Positions 48,560-59,673 of a stretch of 64,000 bases of DNA are shown here, one piece after another. Position 1 is the stretch's first letter; every line of letters begins with the position of its first letter. The stretch is taken from IMG/VR virus record IMGVR_UViG_3300003324_000404, one strand, 5' to 3'. Position numbers and translations under genes: made by a program. The notes under the pieces were generated by a model, which was not told the origin of the DNA, ran no database searches, and saw only the letters and a list, made by a program, of their open reading frames with translations. This DNA is from an uncultured virus (IMG/VR IMGVR_UViG_3300003324_000404) (Duplodnaviria > Heunggongvirae > Uroviricota > Caudoviricetes).

Positions 48560-51512
48560 ACTACACCCCAGGTTTCAGGGTGTAGTTGTCGGCCTCAGCG
48601 AAGTGTGGCGTAGGTCTTCTTCGTCGACTTGACGGCTCCTCGGATGACGAACATGACGATCTTGTACGGGATGTACATGACAGCCATGAAAGCCAGGAAG
48701 AGGAAGGTGTTTCTCATCAGTTCGAAGATGTCCACGTGTTTTCCTTTCGTTTGGGGTCATTATAGGCCTAGAAATTCCCGCGAAGCCATACACAAAAGGA
48801 GAGCCTAGGTAGGCTCTCCCGGTCTCAGCTATTGAGTTCTTCCCAGTATTCGGGGCTGTAGAACTCGATCGGGTCGATGCCCTTCTCCTCCAAGAACGCG
48901 TAAAACGCTTTCACGTTGCTCTGTTGAAGAGCGATGGCGCCGGCGGCGACCATTGTCATCAGGTAAGCAACCTTGTTTCGCTTGACGTGGTTCTTGAATG
49001 AGACGGCAGTCTGTACGATGCGGTCCATTTCTTCTCCTTTGTTGGGGTCATTATAGGGCCAGAATATCCCGCGACAAAAGACCTAGAGCCCGTGTATGGG
49101 CCCTAGGGTCTTGATCAGCTTTCCGCAGGTTGTTCCTTCTTCCACTGTTCGCGCTTCTTGCGCTCTCGGTAAAGCTCGTATGACTCCTTTGCCCAGAACA
49201 CGACGAGCAGCATGGCTGTCAGCTTGAGCTGCCAGATGAAATTCGCCTTGGTTCGAGGGTGGAGGTAGTCGGGGGTACGAGCGTTCCAAGCGGTTTCGAG
49301 CTTCTTGAACGGGTGGTACATTGGGGTCTCCTTTGTTGGGTCTGTCATCATAGGCCTTGAAATATCTGCGAAAAGCAAGAGCCCTTGCGGGCTCTGCCTT
49401 TAGGCCTCGTCGAAACGAAGTCCGGGGATAAGTGATCGATGCCACTTCAGCTTGACAATCCACAGTGTTTCCGGCATTTCTGCTGGTACCGGATCTCTCA
49501 GAAGCATCCACTCAATGAGTTGGTGCCTCAGGTTCCATCGACGGTAGTAAACCGTGCCGAATTCTGTGGTGGTGTCAAGGAAGAACGGCTTTCGCTTAAA
49601 CATGCGGTCTCCTTTGTTTGGGGTCATTATAGGCATGGAATATCCGGCGAAAAGGAGAAGCATTGCTGCTTCTCCTAGGGATTATGACTTGTACTTCCGG
49701 TTGTAGATGTTGTCGGCGGTCAGCCACGGGTGCTTCAAAGACACGTCCGGCTCGTTCCACCCAAACTTGGCACACTCGACGAAGTAGTCGATGTAGTTCA
49801 GGCAGTAGCCGAGGTAGACGAGTCCGGCACCGATGGCGAGCTTCTTCAGCATTGTTTCTCCTTCTGTTGGGGTCTTTCACTATAGACCCAGTAAATATCG
49901 CGAAAGAAGAGAGGCCTTGCGGCCTCTCTAGTCTACTCCTTGATTTCGTAGACGTTGTATTTCAGAACATTTCCGTAAGGCATCGGCTGGCGATAGAGCT
50001 CGATTCCGTACTTTCCGGGTTCGCGAATCTGGCCCGATTCGATGGCGGCGTTCATGGCTTCTGCATAAAGCGTCAGCGATGGATCGCCTCCGTCATGGAT
50101 GGGCAGAGGCGGAGGGAAAGTGGCGAGCTCCACCACATAGCAATGATGTCCTTCGATGTCTTGAAACATAGGGTCTCCTAGTGTTGGGGTCATTATAGGC
50201 CTGGAATATCCGGCGAAAAGGAGAGCCTTTGCAGGCTCTCCAGGGTCAGGCCTCTCGGAACACGAGACCGGGGAGCACTACGCGACGGCGTCGTTCGAGT
50301 GTGACGATCCAGAAGCCATCGGGAAGGTCGTCAGGAATTCCCACATGCTTGAGATTCCACTGAATGTAGCGGTTTCTCAACGTGCGAACTTTGACGCTGT
50401 GATGGATTTCCGAACCGTCTTTGTCGACGTAATAGCCACGTCTTTGCATTTCGGTTTCCTTTCTTTGGGGTCATTATAGGCCATGAATATCCAGCGAAAA
50501 GCAGACCCAATGAAGGGTCTGCTTGGGGTCAACTCGTATATCCAAAGGAATGAGTGTCGATCATTTCCAGAGTTCTGTCTGTACGATCGGCGGGATGGAT
50601 GTAGGCATAAAGGCCGTATTGGGCATTGAGCTCGATAGCAGCTTTAACAGCGTCTTCGAGCGTCTCCCACTTGAGCCATGTGTCTGCAGGTCCACCGAGG
50701 CCGGTTGACGTAACAACCATGTTACTCAGTGTGATAATGAACATGCGGGTCTCCTTGGGTCTTATGAGTCATTATAGGCCTAGAATATCCCGCGAAAAGG
50801 AGAGCCTGTGTCGGCTCTCCTGGGTTCTAGACCCTCGCGTTTACGAGGTCCATGTACTTCTCGGTCAGCTCAGTGAGGTTGTCATCGAAGTAGTTGACCA
50901 TGGCGGCGTGATCGGAATCGTCATCAAGCGGGTCGTCAAGAGCTGCCTGCTTCATCGCGTAGTAGTACGCGATTCTGCGAGCAACGTCGTCGAGTTCGTC
51001 GTCGGTGCGAGCGATCACCATCTCCAGGTACTCTTCGGTGATGGTCACGAGGTTGTCGATAGACATGCTATCTCCTTTTGTTGGGGTCATTATAGGCCTG
51101 GTAAGTATTGCGAGCACAAAAATATAGAGCCCCTGTAGATTGTGCTACAGGGGTCCTATATCGTCCTTCTGACGGTCCTCAGCGGAGTTTTCCGGCGAAG
51201 TTTAGGGCTCTCGAGCCGATCACGTGTCCGTGTTCGTATGCGACGATGACGAGGATTCCGAGGAGGTTCGCTCCTGCGATGACCCAGGTGTCGGGATTGA
51301 CAGCTCTCTTGGAGTGCTTCTCCTTGAGCTTGTACAATCTCTCCAGCCGGTTCAGGCAGGTGGCGTACGCCTCAGAATCCCCATCCATCGAGCGCATGTC
51401 GTCTTCGAGCGTCTTGATCGTGAGATCGAGGCTCTGAGCTTCATCCGAGACTTTGCTCAGCAATGGGGTCTCCTTTCATTGGGATTCATTATAGGCCATG
51501 AATCCCTTGCGA
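48560..51512 (-). other. Right array of ten promoter-gene-terminator cassettes
   Basis: Promoters at 48759, 49050, 49347, 49626, 49879, 50192, 50473, 50771, 51089 and 51488. Genes at 48595-48735, 48825-49028, 49115-49321, 49400-49603, 49682-49852, 49933-50169, 50246-50449, 50529-50744, 50827-51066 and 51179-51463. Confidence 0.9.
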
Positions 51513-51523
51513 CCCAGTGGTGT

Positions 51524-51853
51524 CTAGGAGATGTCTTCGCGTCGGACGTTCAGAGTGATGTTCTGGCCATTCTTGAGCGTGTCTGGGTGTTCGTTCCAGT
51601 CGACGCTCTGATAGACCTGTCCGTCCTGCATGTCCTTGTGAAGGACTAAGTCACCAGCGCCGTCGTAATCGCTAGCCGCTTTCCGCAGAAAGAGCCCCAG
51701 GAACGTAGCGACGACAGCGATGGTACCGGCAACCTCGTTCTCCTTGGGGAGATCCCAAAGAGCGTCGAGTCCCAGATAGGCTGTGGCGAGCCCAGGGCAA
51801 ACGACCATGACGAATAGCTTGAGCCGGTCGTACCACTTGTTATTCACTTGCAT
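51524..51853 (-). CDS. Holin (Dp-1-like)
   Basis: NNKWYDRLK..PGLAT.Y.GL...W..V.GTI....TFLG, with two TM helices. Confidence 0.75.
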   Translation of the reverse strand: MQVNNKWYDRLKLFVMVVCPGLATAYLGLDALWDLPKENEVAGTIAVVATFLGLFLRKAASDYDGAGDLVLHKDMQDGQVYQSVDWNEHPDTLKNGQNITLNVRREDIS

Positions 51854-51866
51854 ATACCGCTCCCCT

Positions 51867-52677
51867 TCAGTTTGCTAAACAGGTGGTGAAGTCTTGAACA
51901 GTGGGCAAGGGGTTAGTTACCAACTTGCCTCTGTTCTTCTGTGCCACTTCCAAGAACCGCTGCAGAGCCTGGTAGTAGTCTCTACCGGCTTTCTGCCGTC
52001 TTTCCTCAGAGTAAGGTGGCTTGTGACGCAGAATATCGAACAAGTCCGACTGCGCCTGTTGCAGATCGATGTTGGCCGAAGCGACTTCTGTCGTGTATGT
52101 TCCCCGTTCATTCAGAGACTCCAGCACATCAGCCAGAGTTGTCTGAAGACATACAACAACCTCTTCGATTCGATCTTGAGATGCCTGGACGTCGTTGCTC
52201 GCCTTTTGGCTGACAATCGCTGCCCAAGCCGTGATTGCAACGATTACCAAAACTGCAAAGTTGGCAACCCAGGGATAGCGCATGAACCCGGATTCGTTGC
52301 CTTCGTGGTGGTTTCCGAGGTTTTCTTTCACGATCGTGTCCACCTCATCCAACTCCTCCTTTATCTCTTTCATGCCTTGCATGAGTCGAGTGAGGTAGCC
52401 TAAGACGAAACCGATTGACAGCCCAACGAAGAGGGCGAGCAATCGGTCGTCAAACGCCATCGTCCTCCTCCTTCTTTGGCAGGTCCTTCTTCTCGTTGGG
52501 GGGTTGTTTGACTAGCTTCTCCTTTTGGGTCAGAACGTAGCCCAAGATTGCGCCTACCCCAGTAACCGCAGTGGCATTTTTGCCGACATCCAGCCCAATC
52601 TCTGGGCCAATCAGCATGACAACAGCGCCTAACACGCCAACGACGAAGAGGACATTGAAATGCCACTGCTTCATCAT
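51867..52677 (-). CDS. Two membrane proteins of the lysis module (52450-52677 and 51867-52460)
   Basis: Hydrophobic helices, adjacent to the holin gene. Confidence 0.6.
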
Positions 52678-52695
52678 GCTGGTTCGTTGACCTTT

Positions 52696-53856
52696 CTAGG
52701 AAAGTTTCGAAGACAACGTCGGGTATCCAACCTCGCCGTTTTCGTCTTTGCTGCGAATGAATTCGGTCACGAACTGGTTCGCTGAACCATATCTTCCTTG
52801 TACCTTGACTTTATCACCGAGTCGGTAATCTTTGCCGTACTTGAAGTTGATGAACGGGGAGATTTGAGCGTCCACCGTGTGTTCGCGAGCGCCTTCTTTG
52901 CGCACGGCCCGAAGGCCAAGATCTTCAAGACTCTCTTCGAAGTCGTCGGCATCTTCACCGTCTTCCTTCGATCCTCCGTCTACGAAAGTGTCTCGACGAT
53001 TCCAGCCCGTGTTTGTGCCTGGAAGTTCGTCTGGATCGGTGTAGTAGTGGTTGCGAGGGTCCCCCACAACATACGCACCGGTCTTGAGCTTTGCACTCGA
53101 AAAGACATACTTCGGGTGATCAAGATGGCCAGCTTTGTAGCTGAATACCACTTCATCAGTCAGATCGCGGCCCTTGTAGATGTCAAACCTACAGTTGAGA
53201 ATATCTTCCACAAGCTCTGTGCTGAAAGCACCGCCGCTTCCGAAATTCACTTTGCGACCTGTCGTTCCATTTGGACGGATGATGCGAATTCCCAACTTCC
53301 CTGAAACCAGGAAAGTCAGAAGCTGCTCGTATATGTTGCCGTTCTGGATCTTACGAGCTTTGACGGGGCCATCGTCGGTTCCTGCCGGCATTGAGACCGT
53401 CACAACGACGTGAGGCAACTCGTTTCCAGCAGGATAGGTAGAGCTCGCACGGAGAATATCATCCCCCGTACCATTCGCTACCGCAGTCCAGACCAATGCA
53501 GCACAAGCTTCCTTGAGAGTGTACTTGTGTTGCATCTTGACCGTCTTGCCATATGGAGCGTTCTTCCAAACCCTGTTCTCCAGGAAGGCATCGATAGTCC
53601 TCCCCTTGATGACGAGTTCATCCACCCCGTCATCGTTCTCCTCGATCTCGTGCGAATCCACCATCATGACTTCGTTGCTGTCCAGCAGGGTGCAGAGACT
53701 ACGTTCGGGTAAAAGGTCCCGTGTATAGTCAATATCCTGCGTGTGGAGCTCGAAATCACCACATGGTTGGTAACGCTCGGTCCAGATGAGAGTGGAATAT
53801 CCCTCCACGAGCTCCTTGACTGAGAAGTCGTTTCGGTTCATCGTGAGAAGATCCAT
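52696..53856 (-). CDS. Minor tail / baseplate hub protein (Gp37-like)
   Basis: YSTLIWTERY...GDFEL..YGKDYRLGDKV..VTEFIRS. Start at MDLLT. Confidence 0.8.
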   Translation of the reverse strand: MDLLTMNRNDFSVKELVEGYSTLIWTERYQPCGDFELHTQDIDYTRDLLPERSLCTLLDSNEVMMVDSHEIEENDDGVDELVIKGRTIDAFLENRVWKNAPYGKTVKMQHKYTLKEACAALVWTAVANGTGDDILRASSTYPAGNELPHVVVTVSMPAGTDDGPVKARKIQNGNIYEQLLTFLVSGKLGIRIIRPNGTTGRKVNFGSGGAFSTELVEDILNCRFDIYKGRDLTDEVVFSYKAGHLDHPKYVFSSAKLKTGAYVVGDPRNHYYTDPDELPGTNTGWNRRDTFVDGGSKEDGEDADDFEESLEDLGLRAVRKEGAREHTVDAQISPFINFKYGKDYRLGDKVKVQGRYGSANQFVTEFIRSKDENGEVGYPTLSSKLS

Positions 53857-54689
53857 CAGACCCCCCAGTACTGAGCAGTGAACGACAAAGGGCCCTTCCA
53901 CTGCCACTTCGTGGTCCCCGGAGGAACCTTGAAGATGTTGTAGCCGGGGTGAAGCGTGATCCACTCAGAGTCTTCTCGAAGAATGCCCATTTTGTTCTGG
54001 ACAGTTCCTCCTTGCTTGTTCCAGTGGATATAGCGCTGACCAGGAATCGTAGAGACCGAAAGAACGTCTCCGATATTGAAGCCCTTGTCGAAAGTCATCC
54101 CAATTGAGTCGTCTTCAGCGACACGCAAATACCAGTGGTTCATTGTGTCGGTGAACTTAACAGCGAACTGGAATCCCGCTTCTGCTGTTCCCGGGTTGTA
54201 AACGTTGGGATTTGTCTCACTCAGCGCCGATGCGGGGTATGACGTAGCCGCAGGAGCCCTGAACTTGTCCTGTAGGCAACGAAGCGTGATCTGGACAGCA
54301 GGATCCTTGGCGAACAAAGCCGCCTCAAATCGAGTGCAGTACGCCTCGACAGTGGAGTGAAGAACTCCACCAGCCATAAGGTCGATCCAGACCTTTGGGT
54401 CGTAACCCGTCCTGAGCATGGTGTAGAGATTGTTTCGGAGATTCTTAACGTCTCCGTGCAGCATGATGAGCGCAACGATGTCGCGATCATCAGACTCGAT
54501 TCCCTGAAACCTTCCCCCCGAGCCAGTCTTGGCGATTGCCACAGTCTGGTCCGGGGGGTCAAGCCCGTCGATGTTCTTCACCACATACGGATCTGCATCC
54601 GTAGAGTAGGGGGTGAAGGGCAAGTTCACCAGGTCAAGCCCACGAAGCCGGATCGATGTGATCACAGGCGTTCTCAGCAATACTGTCAC
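53856..54689 (-). CDS. Distal tail protein (Dit-like)
   Basis: Directly after the tape measure gene. V.NIDGL.P..W..L.PG.N.F. Confidence 0.75.
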   Translation of the reverse strand: MTVLLRTPVITSIRLRGLDLVNLPFTPYSTDADPYVVKNIDGLDPPDQTVAIAKTGSGGRFQGIESDDRDIVALIMLHGDVKNLRNNLYTMLRTGYDPKVWIDLMAGGVLHSTVEAYCTRFEAALFAKDPAVQITLRCLQDKFRAPAATSYPASALSETNPNVYNPGTAEAGFQFAVKFTDTMNHWYLRVAEDDSIGMTFDKGFNIGDVLSVSTIPGQRYIHWNKQGGTVQNKMGILREDSEWITLHPGYNIFKVPPGTTKWQWKGPLSFTAQYWGV

Positions 54690-57600
54690 TGGCCCTTCAC
54701 CTCCTTAAAGAGAGCAATTTGAGACTTGGTTGAACGGTAGATTTCCACCCTGTTCGCTGGCTTGGGCGACAGAATGGTTTGGTTGAAGTTGTACGTCTCG
54801 TTGATCGACGCTGCTTCAATCCCACGCCGGCGGCTCTCGTTTGCCGAAATATCTTGAGCCCTGCGGCCCGATACTCCAGCATTGATGGTGTGTCGTCCGG
54901 ACAGGGCTCCACTGATCTCGGAGGCGTCCCTAGCTAGCTGACTGAGATCCAGAACCGGGGTGATCTTGGGCTTGATCCCTTCCAGAGAATCGCCCATCGC
55001 CCGACTCTTGTTGAACGCGAAACGCATCGCGTCCAGGCTCTTGTTTGCCAGATCCTCAGATGCCCTTTCTGCTGAATTGGCATGCTTAGAGATTCCGTCA
55101 GCCAGACCCTTAGCGATCCACTGACCAACATCATCTCGCATAACCTTGGAGGGACTTTCGATTCCGAGCCGATCTCTGATCCAGCCCGGGATATGATCCG
55201 CAACCCACTCGAGCTTCTCCTGGACCCAATGCCAGGCATCTTCGATGCCGTTGACAACACCGTCGAGAAGGTTTCCGCCGATGTCCTTACCCCAGTTCAG
55301 CATGTCGTCCATCCAGCCAAAGAGCTTGTCTTTGACTCCTTGGATGATCCCCGAGATTGCCGCCTTGACGGTAGTGAGACCGTTGTTAAACTTTTCCTTC
55401 AGTCCAGCGAACCAGTCACCAACAGCATTCTTGATGTTGGTCAGAGTTTCCTTGACGTTCGTCAGTCGCTTGAACGCACCGATAATGTCGTCGATTGCTC
55501 CCGAACTCTGACCCCGCAGAAGCGCGATAGAGCCCGCAAGCAACGCAAGCGCGGCCGCACCGATGACGATTGCAGCAGCAAGGACGATAATCGCGGCGCT
55601 GAAGATGACAACAGCCGCTGCCAGAATGACAAGACCTGCGCCACCGATAATTGCGCCGGCCCCGAGTGCAACAAACGCAGCCGCGGCAAGCGCAAACGTC
55701 CCAAGCGAGTTTCCAAGAACATCCACCAGCAAGGTTACCCCATCGCCGATGGCCTGGAACGCTGCCGGACCCACAACCGCAATGATGCCCAAAGCAAAGG
55801 CAAAGGCAAGGATGCCCAAGCCCGCTAGAGCAATTCCCTGACCCACGAGCAATGCCGCAGCACCGAACGCCAGCATCACTGGTGTAAGAGGAGCCAGTGC
55901 TCCTGCAGCAATCACGAGAGCGGTGAAACCCAGCGTGATGAACACGAATGCCTTTGTCAGCTTGTCTGCCGGGATGGCCGACAACAGCTTGAGTGCTGCT
56001 GCAATGACGAAGATGGCTGCAGCACCAGCCAGAAGGCCGAGAGCTCCACCGCTCGCTAGAACCTTACCGGCAAGACCAACCGCGCCCAACGTCACGACAA
56101 TAGCAACAAGGCTATTACTGAGAGCCTCCGCATTGATGCCCGAAATCTTCTCGAGAGCGTTTGCCAAGACCAGGAGGCCCGCCGAAGCAATCAGCAAGCC
56201 AACTGATCCCCTGAGTGCAAATTTGCCGAACGCACGCATGGCCAGACCGATGCCGATAATCACCGCGGCAGCCTTACCGCCACCGTCGATGATCATGCCC
56301 CAATCGAGATTGGCGTAGAACTTCAGAGTTCCAGCAAAGGCCACAAGAGCCGCCGACAGAATGAGCAAAGCCGCAGCAGTTGCAAGGATCGTAGCGCCGC
56401 CACCGGTCTTGCTCAGAATTGCAGTGGCTGCAACAATACCGCCAACAACAAGCCCAACAGCCTTTAGACCCTGAACGAGCTCTTCGGGCTTAAGCTTACC
56501 CAGAATAGCAACTGCTCCGGCAAGGATCACAATAGCCGTAGCGAACGCCACCATTGCAACGCCGAGGCCTGACATAGCAAGACTCTTCTTGCTGACGTCC
56601 TTGATGCTCATTCCGGAATCGCCCTTGAGAAGTACTCTCATAGAGACAGTCAACGCAGACATCAAACCCGCAATTGCGGCCATAGAGTAACCCAACTGCT
56701 TTGCGTCGAGCTTCGACAGCAAATATGCAGCGCCAGCCAGAAGCGCCACTGAGATTGCGATCTTTCGGATGATGTCTGCCTTGATGTCCGACTGCATGGT
56801 CTTGAGGTTGTCGGTGATCTGATTAAGAACACCACCCGCACTACTTGCAATCCCCTTGAACGCGTTCGCAACCTTGATTGCTGCAAGCAAGAACCCACCG
56901 GTCAACAGTGTGTTGATGATGTTCAAGAAGCTGTCGAGGTCCATGTTCTCCATGGCGTCGGCAAACGCACGGCCCAAGCCCTCAACGAAGAGACCCAGAC
57001 CCGTGGCCATCACTTCGAACACATTCCTGAGGCCTTCAAGAAGCTTCGGACCTGCAGACTCGATTCCGTCCACAATGCCCAGAACGACGTTCACACCTAT
57101 CGGCACCAAGGCCTCAGCCGGCGAGTGAATACCGAGCGCATCCTTGATCCACTGGACCATGTTGTTAGCCAGGTCCACGATGGCATTCTGGAGCTGGTAA
57201 CCTACCGAGCCACTGAAGCCTTCAAGAATACCGCCGATGAAGTTGTCTGCGACGGCCTTACCCTGAGAAGCCAAATTCTTAGCAGTGTCGGCAATGTGGC
57301 TGAACACGTCGCCAAGAGGCCTAAGCGCTTTGACCAGCGCAATGACCATGCTTTGCAGACGGCGGAAGATCAAGTAGAGAGTTGTACTCTTCTCGGCCTT
57401 CTTGAAGAAGTCGCTTACTGCCTTAGCACCCTTGGTAAAGAAGTCAACAAACGAGCTTCCTGCTCCGCTAGAGAACAAACCGAAGAAGAGCTTGATCAGT
57501 CCGATTCCCTTGCCGATCAAGGTAAAGACGAACTTGATGGCACTGAATATCGCGACAAACACCTCTCGAATGGCGTGCATCGTCTTGACGTTGAGTCGGA

Positions 57601-58918
57601 ACAGCTCGAAGAAATCGTGGAATCCGCGGCTGAAGGCTGTCAGCGCTTTGCCAGTGGCCGGCGGGAACACTTCCTTGAACGCGTTCTTGATCGGAACGAA
57701 GAGTCGAAGAAGATCCTTGAAGGCCTGCTTGATGCCCTGCAGGAGCTGGAATCTTCCGCCGAGCTTGTTCCAGTCGTTCAGAACATGGTTGATCTTTCCG
57801 AAGAAACTACCGATCCCGTCGGTGATGAAGGTGGTGACTCCGGTCCAAAGTTTCTTGGACTTCTCGAAGTTACCGAAGATGTTCTGGAACACCTTGGCCC
57901 AACCAGAACCGATAGATTCCTTGATGACGTCATAGGCCTGACCAATGGTCTTGACCTGAGTCGCAGAATCGATCGATGCCTGCGAAAGCCTGTTCAGCTC
58001 CTTCGCGGCCTCTTCCGAATATCCCATGCCCTTGAGCTGCTCGACAGTGAAAGCCGTGTACTTTCCGGTTGTCTTGTCGAGCTGACCAGCCATCACCTTC
58101 ATAGTCTTGGTGAAGATGTCGCCAGTCAACCAGCCCTCAGTCAGGGAATCGCGGAAGCTTCCCGTCTTCTCAATGGCGGCTTGCATGGCAGCGCCCTGGT
58201 CTTCGCCAGCCTTGGCAGTTTCCTGCAATGCCTTCTGGATGTTAGTACCACCCATATTGGCGTTGGCTAGCGAGTTCCAGTCCATCAGTCGGATGACGCC
58301 AGTGCTCAGCGCCTGCGACATCTGGTACATAGCGCTGTTGAGCTGCTCAGAAGTGGCACCAGACAAGGCTGCCGTGTTGGCCATACCCTTGATGGCTGCT
58401 GTGGCCGGCCCCATCGCGACACCAGCAGCCGTAAATCGACCAATGCTCTGTGCCATCTGCGAGAAGTTGTAGATGGTCAGGTCGGAGTACTTGTTCAACT
58501 GCTGCAACGTAGCGTTGACAGCAGGAAGTTTGGCCCCGGTGTTGGCGATAATCGTCTGAATGGAACTCAGGTTGGTTCCATACTCCTGGAAACCCTGAGT
58601 GAACGGATCGACGATCAGACTCTTACCCATTCTGAGGGCAGAGTCCACCACCTTGTTGGTAATGTTGGAGATGGCTGTCACCGCAATGGTCGTCAGTGCG
58701 ATCCACTTCTTGCTGATGCCGTCAACGGCATCGGCCATGGGCTGCATGCTGAAACGGCCGACAGACCGGTTGATGTCCTCAAGACCGCGACCCGCGTTCT
58801 GGAACTGCAACGACGACTTCAGCTTGTCGAGGGATCCGAGGGACTGTGCAACACCGGACTCGAACTGCTTGTTGTCAAAGTGCATTGCTACAATTTGATC
58901 TTCAACGGTGTTGCTCAT
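54686..58918 (-). CDS. Tape measure protein
   Basis: 1410 aa, Ala/Gly-rich helical. M.FDNKQFE start, TIYNF..M and GSGWA tape-measure domain, ITPVLDLS. Confidence 0.95.
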   Translation of the reverse strand: MSNTVEDQIVAMHFDNKQFESGVAQSLGSLDKLKSSLQFQNAGRGLEDINRSVGRFSMQPMADAVDGISKKWIALTTIAVTAISNITNKVVDSALRMGKSLIVDPFTQGFQEYGTNLSSIQTIIANTGAKLPAVNATLQQLNKYSDLTIYNFSQMAQSIGRFTAAGVAMGPATAAIKGMANTAALSGATSEQLNSAMYQMSQALSTGVIRLMDWNSLANANMGGTNIQKALQETAKAGEDQGAAMQAAIEKTGSFRDSLTEGWLTGDIFTKTMKVMAGQLDKTTGKYTAFTVEQLKGMGYSEEAAKELNRLSQASIDSATQVKTIGQAYDVIKESIGSGWAKVFQNIFGNFEKSKKLWTGVTTFITDGIGSFFGKINHVLNDWNKLGGRFQLLQGIKQAFKDLLRLFVPIKNAFKEVFPPATGKALTAFSRGFHDFFELFRLNVKTMHAIREVFVAIFSAIKFVFTLIGKGIGLIKLFFGLFSSGAGSSFVDFFTKGAKAVSDFFKKAEKSTTLYLIFRRLQSMVIALVKALRPLGDVFSHIADTAKNLASQGKAVADNFIGGILEGFSGSVGYQLQNAIVDLANNMVQWIKDALGIHSPAEALVPIGVNVVLGIVDGIESAGPKLLEGLRNVFEVMATGLGLFVEGLGRAFADAMENMDLDSFLNIINTLLTGGFLLAAIKVANAFKGIASSAGGVLNQITDNLKTMQSDIKADIIRKIAISVALLAGAAYLLSKLDAKQLGYSMAAIAGLMSALTVSMRVLLKGDSGMSIKDVSKKSLAMSGLGVAMVAFATAIVILAGAVAILGKLKPEELVQGLKAVGLVVGGIVAATAILSKTGGGATILATAAALLILSAALVAFAGTLKFYANLDWGMIIDGGGKAAAVIIGIGLAMRAFGKFALRGSVGLLIASAGLLVLANALEKISGINAEALSNSLVAIVVTLGAVGLAGKVLASGGALGLLAGAAAIFVIAAALKLLSAIPADKLTKAFVFITLGFTALVIAAGALAPLTPVMLAFGAAALLVGQGIALAGLGILAFAFALGIIAVVGPAAFQAIGDGVTLLVDVLGNSLGTFALAAAAFVALGAGAIIGGAGLVILAAAVVIFSAAIIVLAAAIVIGAAALALLAGSIALLRGQSSGAIDDIIGAFKRLTNVKETLTNIKNAVGDWFAGLKEKFNNGLTTVKAAISGIIQGVKDKLFGWMDDMLNWGKDIGGNLLDGVVNGIEDAWHWVQEKLEWVADHIPGWIRDRLGIESPSKVMRDDVGQWIAKGLADGISKHANSAERASEDLANKSLDAMRFAFNKSRAMGDSLEGIKPKITPVLDLSQLARDASEISGALSGRHTINAGVSGRRAQDISANESRRRGIEAASINETYNFNQTILSPKPANRVEIYRSTKSQIALFKEVKGQ

Positions 58919-59304
58919 ACCTTCTTCACCTCCTCAAAGACAGCCTTCGCGATTTCGTCGAAGAGCGGTTGGATGACCGGATTGATGTAATCCCGGCCGA
59001 TCACGTAGCCGCCTGTGCGAGTACCGTGACCGTACTGGATGAGAATTGCAATGATCTGTCCATCCTCTACGTGACTGTTGTGAAAGTCGAGGTAGTACTG
59101 ACCGTTTTGCTGACCAGTTGTGTAGTACCATCCGGCCGCAGTTTCACCACTCTCAACCGGTGTGGCCGACCTAAGGGCCTCAACCCCGCGGGGGCCATAG
59201 CGGTTGAGAATAGTCAGAATGCGATTCTGCTTCAGCCTGTTGAGGTAGGCAGTGGTTTTGCGAAAGTTTCCAGATGCCGAAAGCGTGATCATTCCGCGTG
59301 CCAC
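58915..59304 (-). CDS. HK97 gp10-like tail completion/neck protein
   Basis: TPVESGETA..W..IAILIQYGHGT..GGYV..DYINP. Confidence 0.75.
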   Translation of the reverse strand: MARGMITLSASGNFRKTTAYLNRLKQNRILTILNRYGPRGVEALRSATPVESGETAAGWYYTTGQQNGQYYLDFHNSHVEDGQIIAILIQYGHGTRTGGYVIGRDYINPVIQPLFDEIAKAVFEEVKKV

Positions 59305-59317
59305 TGCCTACCCCCCT

Positions 59318-59665
59318 TCAGGGCTGATCGATGGTGTACTTGTCTCCGTTGAACACTCCCTTGATGGTCAGCATCAGAATACCGCCTACCAAGAGAACTG
59401 CAACGGATGGTTGCGCGTGACGATAGAAGAGCTCGATGTTGCCTTCTGCCGCCGCTAAGCACCAAAGAAACTGACACATCCAAATATCCCGCATTTTGGG
59501 TGTCCAGAGGTGCTTTCTTTCCCTTCGTGCAACGTAAAGACTCCACATTGCCGCAAAGGCCAGAAGGACAATCGTCAAACGAAGCCCTTGCTGCCATACG
59601 ACATATAGAACCCAGAGCGGAACGTTACAAAGGAGAAAGAGAGCCACTGTTTTTCTCCGTGGCAT
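59318..59665 (-). CDS. Four-helix membrane protein inserted in the tail operon
   Basis: Hydrophobic ORF with GGAGG RBS. Confidence 0.55.
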   Translation of the reverse strand: MPRRKTVALFLLCNVPLWVLYVVWQQGLRLTIVLLAFAAMWSLYVARRERKHLWTPKMRDIWMCQFLWCLAAAEGNIELFYRHAQPSVAVLLVGGILMLTIKGVFNGDKYTIDQP

Positions 59666-59673
59666 AATCCCTC

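Noticed and set aside
48560..51512. CRISPR array
   Set aside because: The repeats are degenerate promoters and terminators, the intervening sequences are 150-300 bp ORFs, and there is no cas operon.
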